Part shown: piece after piece, positions 30,676-40,624 of the stretch | How positions within the stretch are numbered: position 1 is the stretch's first letter | Layout of the letters: each line of letters begins with the position of its first letter | From: Candidatus Omnitrophota bacterium | GTDB lineage: Bacteria > Omnitrophota > Gorgyraeia > 1-14-0-20-64-10 | DNA length: 64,000 bases | Assembly: GCA_016177405.1 (NCBI GenBank) | Contig: JACOVG010000013.1 | Location: 1,858 to 65,857, forward strand | Direction: 5' to 3' | Notes under the pieces: generated by a model | The model's input: the letters and a program-made list of their open reading frames with translations, nothing else | Databases searched by the model: none | Told to the model about the DNA's origin: nothing | Program-made: the position numbers and the translations under genes

Positions 30676-32069
30676 TGGAGTCGTACGACCTGTGCGTGGT
30701 AGGGGCCGGCCCGGGGGGAATCTCGGCGGCCATTCGGGCCGCCCGGACAGGGGCGCGGGTTGCCCTGGCGGACTCCGGTTTCTTGGGCGGCACGTGCCTG
30801 AACCGGGGCTGCATTCCCTCCAGGGCCCTGGGGACCACCGCCAAGCTCATGCGTCAGATGAGGAGCGCCCAGAGCCTCGGGGTCGAGCTGACGGGCGGCT
30901 TTCGGGTTTCCCTGGCGGGGGTCGTGGCGCGCAAGGAGAGGATCGTCAGGCGCTTGCGCGGCGCGCTGGCGGCGCTGATCAAGAAAAATGGCGTGACCTG
31001 GATGGAAGGGGAAGCCTCGCTCCAGGCCGCCCACGAGGTGGAGGTGAAGGGCCCTGAAGGCCGGACAGGGATCAGCGCCAAGGGAATCATCCTGGCCACC
31101 GGCTCCAGGGCGGGTGGGCTGCCCAGCTGCCCGGTCGACGGCCGGGTCGTCGTCACCAGCGACGAGCTCCTTAAGGAGGTCGAGCTCCCCAAGGATCTCG
31201 TGGTGGTGGGGGCCGGCGTCGTGGGGTCGGAATTCGCCAGCTACTTCTTGGATCTGGGCGTTTCGGTGACGCTGGTGGAGGCGGCCGAGCGGGTCCTCCC
31301 CTTCGAGGACCCCAAGATTTCGGAGGCGTTTCACCAGAGCTTGAAGCGCAGGGGAGCCGCCGTCCTTACCGCCAGCCCCGTGGACAGCGTCCGGCTGACC
31401 TCCTCGGGAAAGGCGGAGATTTCTTTGAAAAAAACCTCAACCACCTTGACCGCGGACAAGGTCCTCGTGGCCTCCGGGCGAAAGGCTCAACCGCCTGCCG
31501 GTTGTGAGGCCCTGGGGCTCACGCTTGAAAAGGGAGGGATCCCGGCCGACAGCGAATTGAGGACCCGCCTGTCGCACATCTTCGCGGTGGGGGATCTCCT
31601 GGCCGGTTATCAGCTGGCCTGCACGGCCAGCTACGAGGGGGCCCTGGCGGCGGAAAACGCCCTGGGGGGCTCCCGGAAGGTGGACTACGCGGTGGTTCCG
31701 GAGGTGATCTATACCGACCCGGAGATCGCGTCGGTGGGCTTGAGCCCGGACGATGCCCGAAGACGGGGCAGGGAAATCCGGGTGAGCACCGTGAGCCTCG
31801 CCGGGTTTGCCCGCGCCCAGACGCTGGAGGAGCCGGAGGGTTTTGTTCAGGTGGTGGCCGACCGGAAAAAGGGGACCCTCCTGGGGGCGCAGATGATCGG
31901 GGCCCGCGCCACCGACATGATCGGCGAGGCGGCCCTGGCCGTGAAGCGCGGGCTCACCCTGAACGATCTTGTGGAGACGATCCATGGGCACCCCACGATG
32001 AGCGAATCACTCTGGGAGGCCAGCGCCGCGGCGCTGGGCCAATCGGTCTACTATGCCGCGAACGATTGA
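30675..32069 (+). CDS. lpdA: Dihydrolipoyl dehydrogenase-like FAD/NAD disulfide oxidoreductase (E3)
   Basis: GGTCLNRGCIPS redox-active disulfide; adjacent to lipA. Confidence 0.7.
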   Translation: MESYDLCVVGAGPGGISAAIRAARTGARVALADSGFLGGTCLNRGCIPSRALGTTAKLMRQMRSAQSLGVELTGGFRVSLAGVVARKERIVRRLRGALAALIKKNGVTWMEGEASLQAAHEVEVKGPEGRTGISAKGIILATGSRAGGLPSCPVDGRVVVTSDELLKEVELPKDLVVVGAGVVGSEFASYFLDLGVSVTLVEAAERVLPFEDPKISEAFHQSLKRRGAAVLTASPVDSVRLTSSGKAEISLKKTSTTLTADKVLVASGRKAQPPAGCEALGLTLEKGGIPADSELRTRLSHIFAVGDLLAGYQLACTASYEGALAAENALGGSRKVDYAVVPEVIYTDPEIASVGLSPDDARRRGREIRVSTVSLAGFARAQTLEEPEGFVQVVADRKKGTLLGAQMIGARATDMIGEAALAVKRGLTLNDLVETIHGHPTMSESLWEASAAALGQSVYYAAND

Positions 32070-32943
32070 ACGGCAATTCCCGGCGTGGATCACGCGCCCG
32101 ATCACCCTGCGGGACTCATGGTCCAAGGCGAGGGCTTTGGTGGAGGAGCTTTCCCTTCACACCGTCTGCCAGGAGGCCCTGTGCCCCAACCTGGGGCCAT
32201 GCTGGTCCAGCGGGAATGTGAGCTTCATGATCCTGGGCAGCCGCTGCACCAGGCGCTGCGGCTTCTGCGCCGTCGAGACGGCTCGTCCCGACCCGGTGGA
32301 CGATTCGGAACCCTTTCGCTTGAGCCAGGCCGTTAAGCGGCTTCAATTGCGCCACGCGGTGATCACCTCGCCGGCGCGGGACGATTTGGCCGACGAGGGC
32401 GCTGGCCACTTCGCCAGATGCGTGGCGGAGATTTTGAAGAGGTCTCCCCGGACCCGGGTGGAGGTCTTGACGCCCGACTTCCACGCGAGAAGGGAGCTGA
32501 TCGAACAGGTGATTCGATCGGGCCCGGCGGTCTACAACCACAACCTGGAGACGGTGAAGCGCTTGACCCCGCGCGTCCGTCCGCAGGGCCGCTACGAGCG
32601 GTCGCTTCAGGTCCTTCGTCTGGCCGGGGAATTGGGCCGGGGCGCCGTCAAGATGAAGTCGGGTCTCATGGTGGGTTTGGGAGAAGAGCCGGAGGAGGTC
32701 CGCCAGGCCCTCACGGACTTGCGGGAGGCCGGCTGCGAGGTGGTGACGATCGGGCAATACTTGAGGCCCACCCCGCGCCATTTGCCGGTTCATGGCTTTG
32801 TTACCCCGGACCGCTTTGACCGGTATCGGGACTGGGCGAGAGAGCTGGGGTTCTTTCACGTGCAGTCAGGGCCGTACGTCAGGTCTTCTTACCATGCCTA
32901 CGAAGCACTCCAACCTGGAGATCTCAATGCCGACAGAAGCTAA
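32053..32943 (+). CDS. lipA: Lipoyl synthase
   Basis: CPNLGPCW and CTRRCGFC radical-SAM motifs. Confidence 0.9.
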   Translation: MPRTIERQFPAWITRPITLRDSWSKARALVEELSLHTVCQEALCPNLGPCWSSGNVSFMILGSRCTRRCGFCAVETARPDPVDDSEPFRLSQAVKRLQLRHAVITSPARDDLADEGAGHFARCVAEILKRSPRTRVEVLTPDFHARRELIEQVIRSGPAVYNHNLETVKRLTPRVRPQGRYERSLQVLRLAGELGRGAVKMKSGLMVGLGEEPEEVRQALTDLREAGCEVVTIGQYLRPTPRHLPVHGFVTPDRFDRYRDWARELGFFHVQSGPYVRSSYHAYEALQPGDLNADRS

Positions 32944-32947
32944 CCGG

Positions 32948-34117
32948 ATGAAGCGTCTTCCCTTGTACCTGTTCACCATCATGGATGATCTGAAGGCCAA
33001 GGCGAAGGCCAAGGGGATCGATGTGATCGATCTGGGGATGGGCAACCCGGACCTCCCCAGCCCTCCCCACGTGGTGGAGGAGCTGTGCCGTTCGGTCCGC
33101 AGGGCGGAGAATCACCGCTACTCCAGGCCCACCGGCGATGTGGAGGAGGGTTTGAAGAAGGCCATCGCCGCCTGGTACGAGGAGCGCTTCGGCGTTGTCC
33201 TTAACCCCAAGACCGAGGTGCTGCCCTTGATCGGCTCCAAGGAAGGGATCGCCCACCTGGCCCTGGCTTTCCTCAACAACGACGACATGGGATTGGTCCC
33301 CACGCCCAGCTACCCCCCGCACGCCAACAGCGTCATCATGGCCGGCGGGATTCTCTACAACATCCCGATCGGCCCAGAGAACAACTTCCGGCCCGACTTC
33401 CGCGCCCTGGGCAAGGAGGTCGCCCGAATGGGCAAGATCTTTTTCGTGAGCTATCCTCACAACCCCACGGCCGCCTGCGTGGATCTGGATTTTTACCGGG
33501 AGCTCGTGGATTGGGCCAAGGGGAAGGAGATGATCCTCTGCTCGGACCTCGCCTACTCCGACATCGTCTTCGACGGCTACAAGGCGCCCAGCCTTCTCAA
33601 CGTCAAGGGGGCCAAGGAGGCCAACGGCATCGAGTTTCACACGGCCAGCAAGAGCTACAACATGGCCGGCTGGAGAATCGGCTGGGCCGTCGGCAACGCG
33701 CAGATCCTGCGCTCCCTGGAGAAGACCAAATCGTACATTGATTTTGGCATCTTCCGGGCGGTTCAGGAGGCCGCCATCACGGCTTTAACCGGGCCCCAGG
33801 ATTTCGTGAAGAATCTGGTCGAGACCTACCGCAAGCGGCGGGACCTCTGGGTTCAGGGCATGGCCGCGATCGGATGGAAGGTGCCGCTTCCGAAGGCCAC
33901 CTTTTACATCTGGGCCCGCATCCCTCCGAAGTTCAGCGGGCTTAGCTCGCTTGAGTTCGCCCAGCTTCTGGTGGACGAGGCCGGTGTGGTGGTGGCTCCG
34001 GGCAGCGGCTTCGGCGAGTACGGGGAGGGGTTCGTCCGCTTCGCGCTGGTGGAACCCGAGGAGCGGTTGAAAACGGCTCTCGAGCGAATCCGGAAGGTAC
34101 TGGCGATCAGTTCCTAA
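32948..34117 (+). CDS. Class I aminotransferase, LL-diaminopimelate aminotransferase (DapL)-like
   Basis: LPLYLFTIMDDLKAKAKAKGIDVIDLGMGNPD resembles DapL N-terminus; start ATG 32948. Confidence 0.6.
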   Translation: MKRLPLYLFTIMDDLKAKAKAKGIDVIDLGMGNPDLPSPPHVVEELCRSVRRAENHRYSRPTGDVEEGLKKAIAAWYEERFGVVLNPKTEVLPLIGSKEGIAHLALAFLNNDDMGLVPTPSYPPHANSVIMAGGILYNIPIGPENNFRPDFRALGKEVARMGKIFFVSYPHNPTAACVDLDFYRELVDWAKGKEMILCSDLAYSDIVFDGYKAPSLLNVKGAKEANGIEFHTASKSYNMAGWRIGWAVGNAQILRSLEKTKSYIDFGIFRAVQEAAITALTGPQDFVKNLVETYRKRRDLWVQGMAAIGWKVPLPKATFYIWARIPPKFSGLSSLEFAQLLVDEAGVVVAPGSGFGEYGEGFVRFALVEPEERLKTALERIRKVLAISS

Positions 34118-35232
34118 TGCGCGACCGGATCCTGGTGATGTACATCACCGGCCGCTCGGGCCATTTTCAGGCGGCCCGGGCGGTCAGCGAGGGGATCCGA
34201 AGGCTTCACCCCCGGTGCGAAGTCCTTTCCATAGATGCCTTCCAGTACCTCAATCCGATCTTGGCCCGGATGGTGGACCGGATGTACCTGTCGGTCATCC
34301 AGAAGCTTCCCGAGCTCTGGGACTACCTGTACGATAATCCGGTGATCGTCAAGCGTTCGGAGAGGATCCGCAAGCTCCTTCACCGTTACGACTCGCCGCG
34401 CCTGATCTCCCTGCTGACCGAGTTCCAGCCCCAGGCCATCGCCTGCACCCAGGCCTTCCCCTGCGGTCTGGCGGCCCATGTCAAAAGAGAAGACGGCCTG
34501 ACCACCCCTTTGTACGGCATCCTGACCGATTTCTCGCCGCACGCCTTCTGGGTTCACGCCGAGGTCGACGGCTACGTGGTAGGCGCCCCGCAGACCCGGC
34601 AGTGGCTCATCGAGAGGCGGATCGGCGCCGAACGGATCCACACCCTGGGCATCCCCATCGATCCCGCCTTCGCCCAGAAGCCCAACGCCGAAGGGGTCCG
34701 CCGGCGGCTTCAGCTGGCTTCCGATGACCCCATCCTTCTCTTGATGGGAGGGGGGCAGGGATTGGGGCCCATCGTGGAAGCGGTCAAAGCCCTGGATCGG
34801 ATCCGGCGGCCTGTCCAGCTCTTGGTGGTGGCCGGCACCAACGAGTCCTTGTACCACCGGCTGATCACCCTGGCGCCCCGCTTAAAACACCCGATTCGGG
34901 TTTTCGGGCATGTGGAGTTCATCTCCGATCTCATGAGCGTGGCCCAGCTCATTGTGACCAAACCGGGCGGCTTGACCACTTCCGAGGCGTTGGCCAAGGG
35001 TCTGCCGATGGTGATCCTGGATCCGATCCCGGGTCAGGAGGTCAAGAATGCCCGCTTCCTGACGGCCGCCGGGGTGGCCTGCGAGGCGCCCAGCCCCGAG
35101 GCGCTGCCGCTGTCCGTGGAGGGGCTTTTGAATGAGCCCAGCCGGCTCAAGGCCATGGCCGGCCGGGCCGCCCAGATGGGAAAGCCGTCGGCCGCTCTGG
35201 ATGCGGCGCGGCTCATCTTGAGCTCCTCTTAG
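34117..35232 (+). CDS. GT28-family glycosyltransferase (MGDG synthase / UgtP-like)
   Basis: 371 aa. Confidence 0.7.
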   Translation: MRDRILVMYITGRSGHFQAARAVSEGIRRLHPRCEVLSIDAFQYLNPILARMVDRMYLSVIQKLPELWDYLYDNPVIVKRSERIRKLLHRYDSPRLISLLTEFQPQAIACTQAFPCGLAAHVKREDGLTTPLYGILTDFSPHAFWVHAEVDGYVVGAPQTRQWLIERRIGAERIHTLGIPIDPAFAQKPNAEGVRRRLQLASDDPILLLMGGGQGLGPIVEAVKALDRIRRPVQLLVVAGTNESLYHRLITLAPRLKHPIRVFGHVEFISDLMSVAQLIVTKPGGLTTSEALAKGLPMVILDPIPGQEVKNARFLTAAGVACEAPSPEALPLSVEGLLNEPSRLKAMAGRAAQMGKPSAALDAARLILSSS

Positions 35233-35235
35233 AAG

Positions 35236-36120
35236 GTGTTCTTTTACGCGGTCTATCTGGCGGGATATTACCTGTGCCTGACCCTGCCGCGGCCCGTGGC
35301 CCTGTGGACGGCCAGGCGGCTGGCCGACGCGAGTTACGCCCGCTCTCCCAGGGACCGGGAAGCCGTTTCCAAGAATCTTTCCGCGGTCCTGAACACCCCC
35401 CGGGTCCCGGCGCCTCTGGTCCGGGAGGTCTTCCGGAATTTCGCCATGTACCTGGTCGACTTCTTCCTCTTTTCCCGGCTGGACCACCGGCGGCTTTCGA
35501 AATGGATCCGGGTCGAGGGACTGGAGAACGCGAAGCGCCCTTTTCAAGAGGGCCGGGGAGGGATCGGGGTCACGGCCCACCTGGGCAACTACGAATTGGC
35601 CGGGGCCTACTATTCCCTGATGGGGATTCCGGTGAACGCGGTGGTCTTGACCCATCAGAACCCTTTCGTGGACCGCTTCTTCAACCGCCAGCGTCAGCGG
35701 GTGGGAGTCAAGGCGCTGGCCATCCAGCGGATGAGCCCCCGGCGCTTTGTGGAGGAGGTCCAGGGGATCTTCCGGAGAAACGAGATGCTGGCCCTGGTGT
35801 GCGACCGGGACTTCTTTCACCGGGGAGTGAAGCTCTCCCTCTTTGGCCGTCCGATCCAGCTGCCCACCGGCCCCGCGGCTTTCAGCGTGCGCCATCGGGT
35901 GCCGATCATCCCGACCTTCCTCATCCGGGAGAAGGACGGCAACTATCGGCTCTTCGTGGAGCCGCCGCTTTCGGCCCCCCAGGGCATGCCGGGCCCGGAG
36001 GCGGAGCTTTTTCTCACGCGGGAGCTGCTCGCGATCTTAAAGCGCTACATCGAACGCTTCCCCACCCAATGGTATCTCTTCCAGGAGTTTTGGAAACCGG
36101 CCCCGCCGCTCGTTGTGTAG
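35236..36120 (+). CDS. Lysophospholipid / lipid A (HtrB-type) acyltransferase family protein
   Basis: 294 aa LPLAT family; GTG start. Confidence 0.7.
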   Translation: MFFYAVYLAGYYLCLTLPRPVALWTARRLADASYARSPRDREAVSKNLSAVLNTPRVPAPLVREVFRNFAMYLVDFFLFSRLDHRRLSKWIRVEGLENAKRPFQEGRGGIGVTAHLGNYELAGAYYSLMGIPVNAVVLTHQNPFVDRFFNRQRQRVGVKALAIQRMSPRRFVEEVQGIFRRNEMLALVCDRDFFHRGVKLSLFGRPIQLPTGPAAFSVRHRVPIIPTFLIREKDGNYRLFVEPPLSAPQGMPGPEAELFLTRELLAILKRYIERFPTQWYLFQEFWKPAPPLVV

Positions 36121-36779
36121 CGGTCATCCCGGCCTACCGGGCCGAAGGCTCCGTTGGGCCTTTGGTCCGCCGCGTCGCCGCGCTGGGGCTGGCGGCGGTG
36201 GTGGTGGACGACGCCTCGGGCGACGCCACCGCGGCCCGGGCCCAGGCCGCCGGAGCCGTGGTGCTTTCGCGTCCGGCCAACGGGGGCAAGGGCAGGGCCC
36301 TGCGGGACGGTTTTCAATATGCCTTGGCATCGGGGTTCGAGTGGATCATCGCGCTGGACGCCGATGGGCAGCATGAGACCGGCGAGATTCCGAATTTTCT
36401 CCGGGCGGCCCGGGAAGGCCGGGGCCAGCTGATCGTGGGCGACCGGATGCGCTGCCCCCGGGGGATGCCCCTCACCCGGTGGCTCACCAACCTTGGCATG
36501 TCCTGGATCCTCTCGCGCCTGGCGGGCACCAAGATCCCGGATACCCAGTGCGGGTTCAGGATGATCCACCGGGGGGTCCTGGAGAAGCTCACGCTCACCT
36601 CCGACCATTTTGAGATTGAGTCGGAGATGGTTCTCAAGGCGGCCTGGGCCGGTTACCGGGTGGCGTCGATTCCGGTGGCCTCGGTTTACACCCGTCAGCA
36701 CTTGAGCTTCATCCGCCCCTTGGGCGATACGGCCAGGTTCTTCCGGATGCTGTGGCGCGTCCGGCGCCGGCCGGGATAA
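36069..36779 (+). CDS. Family 2 glycosyltransferase (DPM1-like)
   Basis: VIPAY...DDASGD...DADGQH DXD motifs; start uncertain (ATG 36069 overlaps the upstream gene by 52 nt). The N-terminal ~260 aa of track ORF 35274..36779 is a frame artefact. Confidence 0.7.
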   Translation: MVSLPGVLETGPAARCVAVIPAYRAEGSVGPLVRRVAALGLAAVVVDDASGDATAARAQAAGAVVLSRPANGGKGRALRDGFQYALASGFEWIIALDADGQHETGEIPNFLRAAREGRGQLIVGDRMRCPRGMPLTRWLTNLGMSWILSRLAGTKIPDTQCGFRMIHRGVLEKLTLTSDHFEIESEMVLKAAWAGYRVASIPVASVYTRQHLSFIRPLGDTARFFRMLWRVRRRPG

Positions 36780-36785
36780 AGCTGG

Positions 36786-37460
36786 ATGGAGCCCGCCTTC
36801 GAGGATCAACGGCGGCGGATGGTCGCTGACCAATTGCTGGCTCGCGGGATCCGCGACCCCCTGGTGATTCGCTCCATGGCCAGGGTGCCGCGGCACCTGT
36901 TTGTGCCGGCCGGCCACTTGGATAAGAGCTACAGCGATCATCCCCTGCCCATCGGGGAGGGCCAAACGATCTCCCAGCCCTACATGGTCGCCTTGATGAT
37001 TCAGGAGATGGCCTTGAAACCCGCCGGCCGGGTTCTGGAAATCGGAACCGGATCGGGCTATGAGGCGGCCGTTTTAAGCCTTTTGGCTTCGAAGGTCTAT
37101 TCCGTGGAGCGCGTCCCCGCGCTGGCCGACTCGGCGGCCAAACTGCTTCGGTCGCTTTCGGTGAAGAATGTCCAGATTCTGATCGCGGATGGAACGGCGG
37201 GCTGGCCCGACGAGGCCCCCTTTCAGGGGATCCTCGTGGCGGCCGCGGCCCCCCGCGTCCCGGAGGTCCTGGTGAACCAACTGGCTCCCGGGGGAAGGCT
37301 GGTGATTCCGGTGGGCTCCGCCTTAAGCCAGACCCTGACGGTGGTCCGGCGCGAGGCCGGCGGGATCGAGACCCGTGAGATCTGCGGCTGTGTCTTTGTC
37401 CCGCTGATCGGCGCGCACGGATGGAAAGAGGGAGAGGTTTCCTCGGAGGAGGTGCTCTAA
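36786..37460 (+). CDS. pcm: Protein-L-isoaspartate O-methyltransferase
   Basis: 224 aa, SAM-binding LEIGTGSGY. Confidence 0.9.
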   Translation: MEPAFEDQRRRMVADQLLARGIRDPLVIRSMARVPRHLFVPAGHLDKSYSDHPLPIGEGQTISQPYMVALMIQEMALKPAGRVLEIGTGSGYEAAVLSLLASKVYSVERVPALADSAAKLLRSLSVKNVQILIADGTAGWPDEAPFQGILVAAAAPRVPEVLVNQLAPGGRLVIPVGSALSQTLTVVRREAGGIETREICGCVFVPLIGAHGWKEGEVSSEEVL

Positions 37461-37463
37461 ACC

Positions 37464-37955
37464 GTGATCAAGATTTTGGTGGAAATGCTGTCGGTTCTAC
37501 CGGCGCCGCTGGTGACGGTTTTGGTCGGCGCCCTGCCCATCGCGGAGGTGCGCGGGGCGATACCGGTCGGGATCGCCCTGAAGCTGTCTTATCCGGAGGC
37601 CTTCTTTTGGTCTGTCCTGGGGAATCTCCTTCCGGTGATTCCTCTCCTTCTGTTCCTGGATCCGGTCTCCGAAAGGCTGCGCCGGTTCAAACTCTGGCGA
37701 AGGTTCTTTGAGTGGCTCTTTGACCGGGCGAGGAAGAAGGGCGGGCTGGTCGAGCGTTATGAGGCGCTGGGGCTGGCCATCTTTGTGGCGATCCCCTTGC
37801 CTTTGACCGGGGCCTGGACCGGCTGCGCCGCGGCCTCTTTGTTTAAACTGCCTTTCCGGCTGGCCTTCCCGGCGATCGCCGCCGGGGTGCTCCTGGCGGG
37901 GCTGGTGGTTTCCCTCGCTGTCTTCACCGGGATGCAGCTTTTCTTTCAGGCTTGA
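37464..37955 (+). CDS. Conserved small integral membrane protein (putative small multidrug export family)
   Basis: 163 aa, 4 predicted TM; GTG start. Confidence 0.45.
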   Translation: MIKILVEMLSVLPAPLVTVLVGALPIAEVRGAIPVGIALKLSYPEAFFWSVLGNLLPVIPLLLFLDPVSERLRRFKLWRRFFEWLFDRARKKGGLVERYEALGLAIFVAIPLPLTGAWTGCAAASLFKLPFRLAFPAIAAGVLLAGLVVSLAVFTGMQLFFQA

Positions 37956-37994
37956 TTTTCGTTTGAAGGGGCCTTAAGATAGGCCCACATAGAC

Positions 37995-38195
37995 ATCGTG
38001 TGAGGGAAGCCCTGTGACCTGCCTGATGCCGGGCAGGAAGTCAGGCGCGGCCCCGCCACTGTAAGCCCGCCTCCGCCAAAGAAGTTGGCGGAGAACCTTA
38101 GCGCAGATCCAGCCACTGTCCACCAAACAAAATGGCGGATGGGAAGGCGCGCTGAAAGGTCGGGCAAGCCAGGAGACCTCGCGGTGTCCCACATA
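37995..38195 (+). promoter_or_regulatory. Cobalamin (B12) riboswitch
   Basis: 5' GGUGUGAGGGAAGCC; CCCGCCACUGUAAGCC; GCCACUGUCC...GGGAAGGCG; B12 box AAGCCAGGAGACCUCG at 38166-38183; SD GGGGGAGG and ATG 38239 follow. Confidence 0.8.
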
Positions 38196-38238
38196 GAAAG
38201 GATTTTCCCGATGTTCCTTCGAGGGGGAGGAACCCAAG

Positions 38239-38817
38239 ATGGCCTCGTACTCTCGTAAGAACGAGGCCTGTTTTGTCTCCGGAGGCCGGGGGCAGGGAGG
38301 CCTCATCCTGGTCACCGGGGGGGCGCGGTCCGGAAAAAGCGCCTTCGCCTTGGGGCTTGCCGACCGGGGCGCCTTTAAGAGGCGCCTCTTTGTCGCCACG
38401 GCGGTCGCTTGCGATGGCGAAATGCGCTCCCGCATCGCCCGCCACCGGAGACAGCGAAACGGCGCTTGGGGGCTGCTGGAGGAACCGCTTCGGCTGCCCG
38501 AGCGCCTGCCCCTGAAGGATCTTCCCGCGGGATCGGTTCTCTTGCTGGATTGCCTTCCCACCTTCGTGACCAACCTTCTTCTGGCCAAGGTTTCTCCCTC
38601 CCGGATTGAAAAGAGGCTTGAGGCCCTGGCGGATTGTTTGCGCGCTCCGGGGTTGACGGCGATTGTGGTGACCAATGAGGTGGGCCAGGGGGTGGTGCCG
38701 GGCTCCGCCTTGGGCAGGAGGTTCCGGGATCTTTTAGGAAACGCGAATCAGACCATTGCTTCCCGCGCCGACGGCGTCTACCTGATGGTGGCCGGGATAC
38801 CCATGAGGATCAAATGA
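38239..38817 (+). CDS. cobU: Adenosylcobinamide kinase / adenosylcobinamide-phosphate guanylyltransferase
   Basis: 192 aa, GGARSGKS P-loop. Confidence 0.85.
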   Translation: MASYSRKNEACFVSGGRGQGGLILVTGGARSGKSAFALGLADRGAFKRRLFVATAVACDGEMRSRIARHRRQRNGAWGLLEEPLRLPERLPLKDLPAGSVLLLDCLPTFVTNLLLAKVSPSRIEKRLEALADCLRAPGLTAIVVTNEVGQGVVPGSALGRRFRDLLGNANQTIASRADGVYLMVAGIPMRIK

Positions 38818-39875
38818 CCAACGAACTGCTTTCCCTTCTTGAGATTCCCGCCATCGATGAAAAGGCGCGCTCCGAGGCGAAGAGGCGGGTCGATTCGCTC
38901 ACCAAACCGCTGGGATCGCTGGGCCGGCTGGAGGATCTGGGCGTTGCCCTGGCCGGGATGACCGGGCGGGTCACCCCCACGCTCGAGCGCAAGGTGATTT
39001 TCACCGTGGCCGGGGACCATGGGGTTGTCCGGGAGGGGGTTTCGGCCTTTCCGCAGGAGGTGACGGCTCAGATGGTCCTGAATTTTCTGCGGGGGGGTGC
39101 TGCCATCAACGTCCTGGCTCGCGCGGCTTCCGCCGAGGTTCTGGTGGTGGATGCCGGTGTCGCGGCCGATCTTCCGAAAGCGGACGGGCTCATCCGCGTC
39201 AAGCTTAAGGCCGGCACCGAAAACATGGCCCAAGGCCCGGCCATGTCCCCGGGGGAGGCCCAGGGCATCGTGGAGGAGGGTTTTCGCCTCTTCAAAAGGA
39301 TTCACGCCGCCCGCGCCATAGACGTCGTCGGCTTGGGAGAGATGGGAATCGGCAACACCACCGCCAGCGCGGCCCTGGCGGCGGCCCTGCTGAACGTGGA
39401 GGCCTCTCTCGTTTCCGGGCGCGGCACAGGGCTCACGGACGGTCAGCTTTCCAAGAAGATTCAGGTGATCGACCAGGCCTTGAAGCTCAACCGGCCTGAT
39501 TCCAAGGACCCGATGGATTGTCTGGCCAAGGTGGGCGGTTTTGAGATCGGCTGTCTGGCCGGCATCACCTTAGCGGCCGCCTCGGCCCGGGTTCCGGTGG
39601 TGATGGACGGCTTTATCTCCACCGTGGCGGCCTTCCTGGCCTATCGGATCTCGCCGGCGGTCAAGCCATTTCTCATCGCCGCGCACCGTTCGGTGGAGCC
39701 CGGCCACAGCCTTTTGCTCAACGCCCTGGAGCTTCGGCCCCTCCTGGAGCTTCAGATGCGGCTGGGAGAAGGGACCGGAGCGGCCCTCGCTTTTCAAATC
39801 CTGGAGGCCTCGGTCCGGATCCTTTCGGAGATGGCCACCTTTTCCGAGGCCCAAGTGAGCGAGGGGACACCGTGA
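38814..39875 (+). CDS. cobT: Nicotinate-nucleotide--dimethylbenzimidazole phosphoribosyltransferase
   Basis: 353 aa CobT family. Confidence 0.9.
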   Translation: MTNELLSLLEIPAIDEKARSEAKRRVDSLTKPLGSLGRLEDLGVALAGMTGRVTPTLERKVIFTVAGDHGVVREGVSAFPQEVTAQMVLNFLRGGAAINVLARAASAEVLVVDAGVAADLPKADGLIRVKLKAGTENMAQGPAMSPGEAQGIVEEGFRLFKRIHAARAIDVVGLGEMGIGNTTASAALAAALLNVEASLVSGRGTGLTDGQLSKKIQVIDQALKLNRPDSKDPMDCLAKVGGFEIGCLAGITLAAASARVPVVMDGFISTVAAFLAYRISPAVKPFLIAAHRSVEPGHSLLLNALELRPLLELQMRLGEGTGAALAFQILEASVRILSEMATFSEAQVSEGTP

Positions 39876-40624
39876 AGTTTCTGCGCGCTCTTCAAGATGC
39901 CTTCTCCTTTCTGACCATCGTTCCGGTCGGTTCCAGGGTGGGAGGGTCCGATCCCTCCCTGCGGATGAGCAGGGCCCTTGCCTGGTTTCCCTTGGTGGGG
40001 GCTGCGGTGGGGGCCGCGGGGGCCGGGGTGGCCTGCGGAGCTTTTCGTTTCTTGCCCTGGCCGGTGGCTTCCGGTTTGGGCTTGGCGGCCGCGGTGCTCT
40101 TAACCGGCGCGCTGCACCTGGATGGTTTTGCCGACACCCTGGACGGTCTCGCGGGCGGGAAGGATCGGCAAGAGTGCCGCCGGATCATGGAGGACGCGCG
40201 CGTGGGGGTTTTTGGGGTGGTGGGTTTGATCCTTCTTCTGGGTTTGAGGTGGGAAGCCCTCCAGAGGACGGGACCGAGCCTTGTCCTCGGAACCTGGGTG
40301 ACCGCGGGGTTGTTCAGCCGCTTGGGGATGGTTTTGTCGGCCCAGTTCTTTCCTTATGGTCCGGGCCGGAAGGGTCTGGGCTCCTGGGTGACCGGCCGCA
40401 AGGTTCCCGGCGCGGTGGCCTGGGCGGTTCTTCTGGCGCTGGGGGGCAGTCTCTTCTTCTGGGTCGTCCCCAAGGTTCTGGTGTGGCTGGGTTTGACCCT
40501 CGGGGTGGCGGCGCTTTTCAACACCTGGGTGAAGAGCCGTCTGGGAGGGATCACCGGGGACACCCTGGGGGCCGTGAATGAGATTCTGGAAACGCTCCTG
40601 CTGATGGCCATGGTGGCGGGGTGA
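39872..40624 (+). CDS. cobS: Adenosylcobinamide-GDP ribazoletransferase (cobalamin synthase)
   Basis: 250 aa multi-TM CobS. Confidence 0.85.
   Translation: MKFLRALQDAFSFLTIVPVGSRVGGSDPSLRMSRALAWFPLVGAAVGAAGAGVACGAFRFLPWPVASGLGLAAAVLLTGALHLDGFADTLDGLAGGKDRQECRRIMEDARVGVFGVVGLILLLGLRWEALQRTGPSLVLGTWVTAGLFSRLGMVLSAQFFPYGPGRKGLGSWVTGRKVPGAVAWAVLLALGGSLFFWVVPKVLVWLGLTLGVAALFNTWVKSRLGGITGDTLGAVNEILETLLLMAMVAG

Noticed and set aside
35274-36068. N-terminal 260 aa of track ORF 35274..36779
   Set aside because: Overlaps the acyltransferase in another frame with Pro/Gly/Arg junk. Only the portion from ~36069 shows GT2 motifs
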